Below the pieces are notes generated by a model, which was not told the DNA's origin, did not search any database, and saw only the letters and a program-made list of their open reading frames with translations. This document shows positions 58,094 through 64,000 of a stretch of DNA of 64,000 nucleotides, piece after piece. Each line of letters starts with the position of its first letter. The stretch's first letter is position 1. Position numbers and translations under genes: made by a program. Origin of the DNA: Candidatus Cloacimonadales bacterium (GTDB taxonomy: Bacteria > Cloacimonadota > Cloacimonadia > Cloacimonadales > JAFGVF01); the NCBI GenBank assembly GCA_963662585.1, contig OY759729.1:224001-288000 (forward strand). Reading direction: 5' to 3'.

Positions 58094-60312
58094 TAGAAGA
58101 CTTCCTGGCCACACTTAGGGCAAACTAGGTGTTTACCTTTATCTTTAGAATATTTCTCTTCCATATAGTAATTTTGACAATTTGGGCATTCAACTTTAAC
58201 AGGTTTATTCCATGAAGAGAATTTACAATCAGGGTATTTTGTACAACTATAGAAAGTTTTACCTTTTTTCGATCTCTTTTCTGTAATCATTCCAGTTTCA
58301 CAATCAGGACATTTAATACCAAGATCTACTGGTTTAGTAAACTTGCATTTAGGATAATCAGAACAAGCTATAAATTTACCGAAACGGCCATTCTTCACTA
58401 ATAAAGGTTTTCCACATTCAGGACAATTTTCATCTAAATGTTCCTCTTCAATGATTTTAATTTTACCATCTTTGTCTCGTTTGAAATTCTTAATATCTTT
58501 GCATTTAGGATATTCTGAACAACCAAGGAATTCCCCTTGTTTACCTATTCTGATAATGTAATGTCCCTCACCACACTTTTCACAAGGAATATCTGTATGC
58601 TCTAAATAGTTCTCTTTTTCTTTAGTTAAATCAACTTTATCAATCATCTTTTTAAGCTCTTGATAATATTCATCTAAAACTTTTTCAACAATTGTATTTC
58701 CCTCTTCAATATTATCCAACTTCTTCTCCATGTCTGCAGTGAATAAGACATTGAAAGTAGAATCAAAATTAGCAGTTAAGAAAGTATTTACTTTAACACC
58801 TAAATCTGTTGGGTGAAGATATTTCTCAATTAAAGCAACATATTTTCTGTCAGTAATAGTAGAAATTATTGAAGAATAGGTTGAAGGTCTTCCTATTTCC
58901 TTAGCTTCAAGTTCTTTAATAAGAGAAGCTTCAGAATAACGGGCAGGTGGTTGAGTAAATTTCTGTTCTGAAGAAATATCTCTCTTTTCTAAATCATCAC
59001 CAATTTTATATGCTTTGTCGATTAATTCACCCATTGAGGTTGAAACATAACTATATGCTAAAGAGAATCCTTTGTCAAGAATAGTTGAACCTTTAGTTAA
59101 GAATTCAGCATCTCCTACTTCCACAAATACTTGGACATTCTCTACTTCCATTGGTATCATCTGAGTAGCAACAAATCTTCCCCAGATTAAACTATAAACT
59201 CTAAATTGCTCTGCTGAAAGATATTCTTTGATACTTTCAGGTGTTTTTTGAACATCTGTAGGTCTAATAGCTTCATGGGCATCTTGAGCTTTATTTTTGT
59301 TTATAAAATTACGAACTTCAGGATTAAGCTTCTCAGCCCCAAATCTCTCTATAATAAGAGCTCTACAAGCATCTTGAGCTTCTGTTGATATTCTTAAAGA
59401 GTCAGTTCTCATATAAGTAATTAAACCTGATTGTTCTCCACCAATTGAGATTCCTTCATAAAGTTCTTGAGCAATTTTCATTGTCCTTTTAGGACTGAAT
59501 CCTGAGATTCTAGAAGCATCTTGCTGTAAAGTTGAAGTTATATATGGTGTAGGAGCTTGAACCTTCTTTTTACTCTTTTTTATATCTTTAAGTTCTGCTT
59601 GCGAATTTTTTAAAGCTGCAAGAACTTTATCTGCGTCTTCCTTATTGTCAATTTTAGCTTTTTTACCATTGAGTTTATTTAACTCACCTTTAAAAGGTTG
59701 GTAGTTATCTTTCCAGAAATTTGCATAAATCTTCCAATACTCTTCAGGAATAAAAGCACTAATTTCCTCTTCTTTTTCACAAACAAGTCTAAGTGCTACA
59801 GACTGTACTCTTCCTGCACTCAAATCCTTAGCAATAACTTTCCAGAGAATAGGACTTACTTTATAACCCACAATTCTATCTAATAATCTTCTAGCTTGCT
59901 GAGCATTAACTTTATTCATGTCAATATCACCAGGATTCTTGATAGATTCTACGATAGCATTTTTTGTAATTTCGTTAAAAGTAATTCTATGAATCGGCTT
60001 TCCCTTAATCTCTTTTTTTAAGAGTTCTGTGAGATGCCAAGCAATAGCTTCTCCTTCGCGGTCATGGTCACTTGCCAAATATATCTCAGGAGCATCTTTA
60101 GCACGATCTCTCAACTCTTTAATTATTTTTGTTTTTGTTCTATCACTAACATATTTTGCAGTATAATTATTATCTAAATCAATACCTAATGTTTTTTTAG
60201 GTAAATCCCTGATATGCCCCATTGAGGCTACTATATTAAATTTATTATCTAAGAACTTACTTATAGTTTTTGCTTTTGCTGGAGACTCTACAATTATCAA
60301 ACTTTTAGACAT
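58093..60312 (-). CDS. topA: DNA topoisomerase I
   Basis: LIIVESPAKAKTI, DREGEAI, SAGRVQS, LITYMRTDS, AHEAIRPT, C-terminal zinc ribbons. Confidence 0.97.
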   Translation of the reverse strand: MSKSLIIVESPAKAKTISKFLDNKFNIVASMGHIRDLPKKTLGIDLDNNYTAKYVSDRTKTKIIKELRDRAKDAPEIYLASDHDREGEAIAWHLTELLKKEIKGKPIHRITFNEITKNAIVESIKNPGDIDMNKVNAQQARRLLDRIVGYKVSPILWKVIAKDLSAGRVQSVALRLVCEKEEEISAFIPEEYWKIYANFWKDNYQPFKGELNKLNGKKAKIDNKEDADKVLAALKNSQAELKDIKKSKKKVQAPTPYITSTLQQDASRISGFSPKRTMKIAQELYEGISIGGEQSGLITYMRTDSLRISTEAQDACRALIIERFGAEKLNPEVRNFINKNKAQDAHEAIRPTDVQKTPESIKEYLSAEQFRVYSLIWGRFVATQMIPMEVENVQVFVEVGDAEFLTKGSTILDKGFSLAYSYVSTSMGELIDKAYKIGDDLEKRDISSEQKFTQPPARYSEASLIKELEAKEIGRPSTYSSIISTITDRKYVALIEKYLHPTDLGVKVNTFLTANFDSTFNVLFTADMEKKLDNIEEGNTIVEKVLDEYYQELKKMIDKVDLTKEKENYLEHTDIPCEKCGEGHYIIRIGKQGEFLGCSEYPKCKDIKNFKRDKDGKIKIIEEEHLDENCPECGKPLLVKNGRFGKFIACSDYPKCKFTKPVDLGIKCPDCETGMITEKRSKKGKTFYSCTKYPDCKFSSWNKPVKVECPNCQNYYMEEKYSKDKGKHLVCPKCGQEVF

Positions 60313-60319
60313 ACTTCCC

Positions 60320-60748
60320 CTAATGTTTAATTTTTTGAGTATTCATCTGATACTTACTATCATTAACTAGTGTATCAATAAACTCTTTTATGTTATTTTG
60401 ATTAAAATCTGCGAAATTAATCATGGTAATTATCTTATCCAATTTACTTTTAGTAACCTGCTCTTGAGTAATATAAAACAAATGCAAACATATTTGAATT
60501 ACTTTCTCATAAGTAGTCTCGGTTAATGAGCCAATATTATACATACTTAGCATATAACCATAAGCTTCGACAGAGATTGCCTGTGCCTCGACTATATCTA
60601 AGTTCCGATAATATGGCTTAATCTTATCATCTTGTTTTTCTAAAACATCTATTAAAGCCTCTAATTCTTCATCACTCAAACTCTTCATAAATTCCTGTGA
60701 GTGCTTTCCTGAAAGCTTTTCTTTGATAAAATCTATATTCTTTTTCAT
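60320..60748 (-). CDS. Smg/DUF494-like protein
   Basis: R.L...E...ISVEAYGYML.M..IG.L....YEKVI resembles the Smg C-terminal half; position upstream of topA matches known smg-topA synteny. Confidence 0.55.
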   Translation of the reverse strand: MKKNIDFIKEKLSGKHSQEFMKSLSDEELEALIDVLEKQDDKIKPYYRNLDIVEAQAISVEAYGYMLSMYNIGSLTETTYEKVIQICLHLFYITQEQVTKSKLDKIITMINFADFNQNNIKEFIDTLVNDSKYQMNTQKIKH

Positions 60749-63700
60749 CTATTCATCATCCATTAAGTTTTTACCACAGCATTTCTTGTATTTCTTTCCA
60801 CTACCACAAGGACATGGATCATTTCTGCCAATCTTATCAGCATTGATAATAGGCTGTACTTTAGTTTGTGGTTGAGGATTATTCATCTTAGGCATCTGTG
60901 GTTTATTTTGTTCTTCTATAGCTGGAGCATTGTTATTAAAGACTTTTACCTCGTTGTGCATTGTCTTTATACGATCTAAAACATCTTTTAAATCAGCTTG
61001 CCCAACCAAAACCCTTGTGAATACTTTTTGAGTAACTTCTTCTTGAATACGATATATCATATCTTCGAAAACATAGAAACTTTCTTTTTTATACTCAATA
61101 AGTGGATCTTTATTTCCATAAGCCCTTAAACTAATACCTTCTTGGAGTAAATCCATTTCTCGAAGATGTTCTCTCCAGTTTGTATCTACTACTTCTAAAA
61201 GGGATCTTCTTTCTAACTCTCTTTGATTCTCAATTCCTACAATCTCTTCTTTCTGATTATAAGCTCTAAAGAGTCTCTCTTCCATAATATTTCTTAATTG
61301 AGCTACATCTAAATCAGGATTCATCACTTTAGTATAATCATTTGATACACCAAGGTTTACTTTAACCCATTTGCATACTTCTTCAACTTCATGTTCTTCT
61401 ACAAAAGTCTTACTTTCAACAATTCTATCAATAACACTGTTGAGAGTATCAGTAATCATATTTAATATTTCATTCTTTAAATCATAACCCTTAAGAACAT
61501 TATTTCTATATTGATAAATAATCTCTCTTTGAGCTGTCATCACTTCATCATATTTAATTAATCTCTTTCTAATCTCGAAGTTATGTTCTTCTACTCTTTT
61601 TTGAGCCTTGGACACTGCATTAGTCATCCATGGATGAACTATAGGATCATCTTCTTTAGCACCTAGTTTCATCATCATAGGAGCAATTCTTTCCGAGCCA
61701 AAAAGACGCATTAAATCATCTTCTAAAGACAAGTAGAATCTAGAAGTACCTGGGTCACCTTGACGACCTGCTCTACCTCTTAACTGTCTATCAATTCTTC
61801 TACTTTCATGTCTTTCAGAACCAATCACATGAAGTCCGTCAATCGGTCCACCATAAGGTAATTCCTTGCTAACAGCATTATTAGCATTTAGATAATCATC
61901 ATGCCCTTGGGTAATTACGCCTTCAGTAAGTTTAATATCAGTACCTCTACCAGCCATGTTTGTAGCAATAGTTACAGCTCCTGCTCCACCAGCACCTGCG
62001 ATAATCTCCGCTTCCTTTTCATGATTCTTAGCATTTAAGATATTATGAGGAATCTTATTCAATCTTAACATTCTACTGAGTGTTTCAGAAACTTCCACAC
62101 TTGTAGTACCTACTAAAACAGGTTTCTGCTTTTCGTGCCAATAGATAATTTCTCTTATGATAGCCTTGTACTTTTCATTTTTAGTTAGATAAATAAAGTC
62201 ATCATGATCTATTCTAGTTATTGGGACATTAGTTGGTATCTCCACAACAGGAAGATTATATATTTCCAAGAACTCATTCTCTTCAGTTATAGCTGTACCT
62301 GTCATACCTGCCAATTTATCAAACATCCTAAAATAGTTCTGTAAAGTGATAGTAGCTAAAGTTTGAGAAGCTTTTTGAATTTTTACTCTTTCTTTCGCCT
62401 CTAAAGCTTGATGAAGTCCATCACTGAATCTTCTTCCAGGCATGAGACGGCCAGTAAATTCATCTACTATCTGAACTTGATTATCCATCACAACATACTC
62501 TTTTTCTTTTTCAAAAAGTGAATAAGCTTTTAATAATTGCTTAATATCATGTTGCTTTTCACTCTTATCCATAAATTCTCGAGTAACTCTCTCTTTATGT
62601 TTCAATATCTCTTCAGCACTTAAAGTATCATCATTCTCTACCGCTTCTAAGAGTTCATCTAAAGTAGATGCAATAAATAAATCTTGTTCATAATCATTAA
62701 TTACTTCTTGTCCTAACTCACTAAGCTCTACTGTGTTAGCTTTCTCATCTATACTAAAGTATAACTCTGCATTAAGTTCATGCATTTTTTTATCTCTAAG
62801 AAATACACCTTCCATATCATTACATAATTTTTTGAGGTCACCCTCTTTCATGTATTTTGCAAAAGCCTTATTTTTAGGAGATGCTAACTTCATTAAAAGC
62901 AGTAATCTACCAATTTTATTAGAATCAGAATTAGGGTCATCAAGAAGGTTTTTTACTTTGGAACTTAACTCTCTGACCAAATTATTTTGGAGAGTAACAA
63001 GTTTTTCGATATGAGGACGCAATTCTTGGTAAAAGTTCTTGTCATCATCAACAGAACCGGAAATAATCAAAGGGGTTCTAGCTTCATCTACAAGAATACT
63101 ATCGACTTCATCGACTATCGCATAATAGAAATCTCTTTGCACAAGTTGTTCTGAATGTACAGCCATGTTATCTCTGAGATAATCAAATCCAAATTCACTA
63201 TTCATACCATAAGTGACATCATAACGATATATTTTTTTCTTATCTTCAAAAGACATACCATTAACGATACAGCCAACTTTCATTCCGTGGAATTCAAATA
63301 TAGGACTCATCCACTCAGCATCACGCTGGGCCAAGTATTCATTCACCGTAACTAAGTGAGCACCTTTTCCAATTAAAGCATTTAAAAATAGAGGCAAGGT
63401 AGCAACTAGTGTTTTACCTTCACCTGTAGCCATCTCAGCTATGTTACCACGATGTAAGATTATACCACCTATCATTTGAACATCATAAGGAACCATATTC
63501 CAAGTTGCAGGATTTCCCCGAACTAAATACTCATGCCCCATGAGTCTACGACAAGTATCCTTGATAATAGCGAAGACTTCAACTAAAATATCATCTAGTA
63601 AATCTTGAGTTTTTTGCTTAAGATCTTTTTTAATTACATCTAATTCATTGCTCAATCTATCTTTTTTTACTTCATTTATTTCAGTAATATACTCTTTCTT

Positions 63701-63904
63701 AAGCTGTTCTAAATTTTCAAATTCAGGTTCAAGTTGAGCTTTTAAACTGCTTTTAATTTCAGTTATTCGAGCTCGTAACTCATCATCAGACAGCCCTTCT
63801 AGTGTTGCATATCTATCATTAATTTCATTGATTATTGGGTATATTGTCTTTAAGAATTTCTCGTGTTTATCACCAAAAAGTTTCTTTAATAATTTTTCAA
63901 ACAT
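60749..63904 (-). CDS. secA: Protein translocase subunit SecA with C-terminal SEC-C motif
   Basis: [81 protein letters not shown]. Confidence 0.97.
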   Translation of the reverse strand: MFEKLLKKLFGDKHEKFLKTIYPIINEINDRYATLEGLSDDELRARITEIKSSLKAQLEPEFENLEQLKKEYITEINEVKKDRLSNELDVIKKDLKQKTQDLLDDILVEVFAIIKDTCRRLMGHEYLVRGNPATWNMVPYDVQMIGGIILHRGNIAEMATGEGKTLVATLPLFLNALIGKGAHLVTVNEYLAQRDAEWMSPIFEFHGMKVGCIVNGMSFEDKKKIYRYDVTYGMNSEFGFDYLRDNMAVHSEQLVQRDFYYAIVDEVDSILVDEARTPLIISGSVDDDKNFYQELRPHIEKLVTLQNNLVRELSSKVKNLLDDPNSDSNKIGRLLLLMKLASPKNKAFAKYMKEGDLKKLCNDMEGVFLRDKKMHELNAELYFSIDEKANTVELSELGQEVINDYEQDLFIASTLDELLEAVENDDTLSAEEILKHKERVTREFMDKSEKQHDIKQLLKAYSLFEKEKEYVVMDNQVQIVDEFTGRLMPGRRFSDGLHQALEAKERVKIQKASQTLATITLQNYFRMFDKLAGMTGTAITEENEFLEIYNLPVVEIPTNVPITRIDHDDFIYLTKNEKYKAIIREIIYWHEKQKPVLVGTTSVEVSETLSRMLRLNKIPHNILNAKNHEKEAEIIAGAGGAGAVTIATNMAGRGTDIKLTEGVITQGHDDYLNANNAVSKELPYGGPIDGLHVIGSERHESRRIDRQLRGRAGRQGDPGTSRFYLSLEDDLMRLFGSERIAPMMMKLGAKEDDPIVHPWMTNAVSKAQKRVEEHNFEIRKRLIKYDEVMTAQREIIYQYRNNVLKGYDLKNEILNMITDTLNSVIDRIVESKTFVEEHEVEEVCKWVKVNLGVSNDYTKVMNPDLDVAQLRNIMEERLFRAYNQKEEIVGIENQRELERRSLLEVVDTNWREHLREMDLLQEGISLRAYGNKDPLIEYKKESFYVFEDMIYRIQEEVTQKVFTRVLVGQADLKDVLDRIKTMHNEVKVFNNNAPAIEEQNKPQMPKMNNPQPQTKVQPIINADKIGRNDPCPCGSGKKYKKCCGKNLMDDE

Positions 63905-63935
63905 ATTTTACACCACTTTTTTTATTTATCTAACC

Positions 63936-63963
63936 AATTTAACGGATTAGTCCAATTTGTCAA
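63936..63963 (-). promoter_or_regulatory. Putative sigma70 promoter for secA
   Basis: TTGACA (63963-63958), 16 nt, TAAATT (63941-63936). Confidence 0.5.
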
Positions 63964-64000
63964 ATTAAATATATAATCAGATTGATTGGGATAATTTTTT

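Noticed and set aside
4596..63355. Short antisense or overlapping ORFs in the track (e.g. 4596-4805, 7391-7606, 9016-9264, 56898-57239, 62733-63014)
   Set aside because: They are shadows of well-supported genes, with no motifs or SD support.
1..64000. tRNA, rRNA, IS transposase, integrase or prophage
   Set aside because: No recognisable cloverleaf or rRNA sequence, and no ORF with transposase, integrase or phage motifs was seen by eye.

Overview
AT-rich bacterial chromosome segment made mostly of housekeeping and envelope genes: gdhA, mutM, hldD, cdsA, uppS, prfB, cysS, rsmD, mltG, rph, thrS, kdsD, dtd, ribH, nusB, an rpsA-like gene, lysS, lolC/E, an lptD-like gene, gmhB, queC, topA and secA. 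LPS/Lol/Lpt genes indicate a diderm. Secreted proteins ending in a 'YPNPFN..T..IYNLKGQ.V..L..W.G..SGIY' FlgD/T9SS-like domain suggest an FCB-group organism, plausibly Candidatus Cloacimonadota (inference only, no search run). I found no tRNA, rRNA, CRISPR array, transposase, integrase or prophage. The main unexplained structure is a set of GC-rich non-coding mosaics of short palindromic modules. There are two large arrays (about 5129-6185 and 26781-27552, in opposite orientation) and two mini-clusters (33719-33791, 39503-39571). The same modules recur in shuffled order with conserved junctions, nest inside one another, and show compensatory stem changes. This looks like a multi-family REP/BIME-like system whose mobilising enzyme is not in the window. 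Other points: an unannotated 54-aa four-Cys ORF upstream of rsmD, a probable CTG-initiated TPR-like gene, the canonical prfB +1 frameshift, a possibly leaderless lptD-like transcript, and altered zinc-site motifs in GmhB and MutM.
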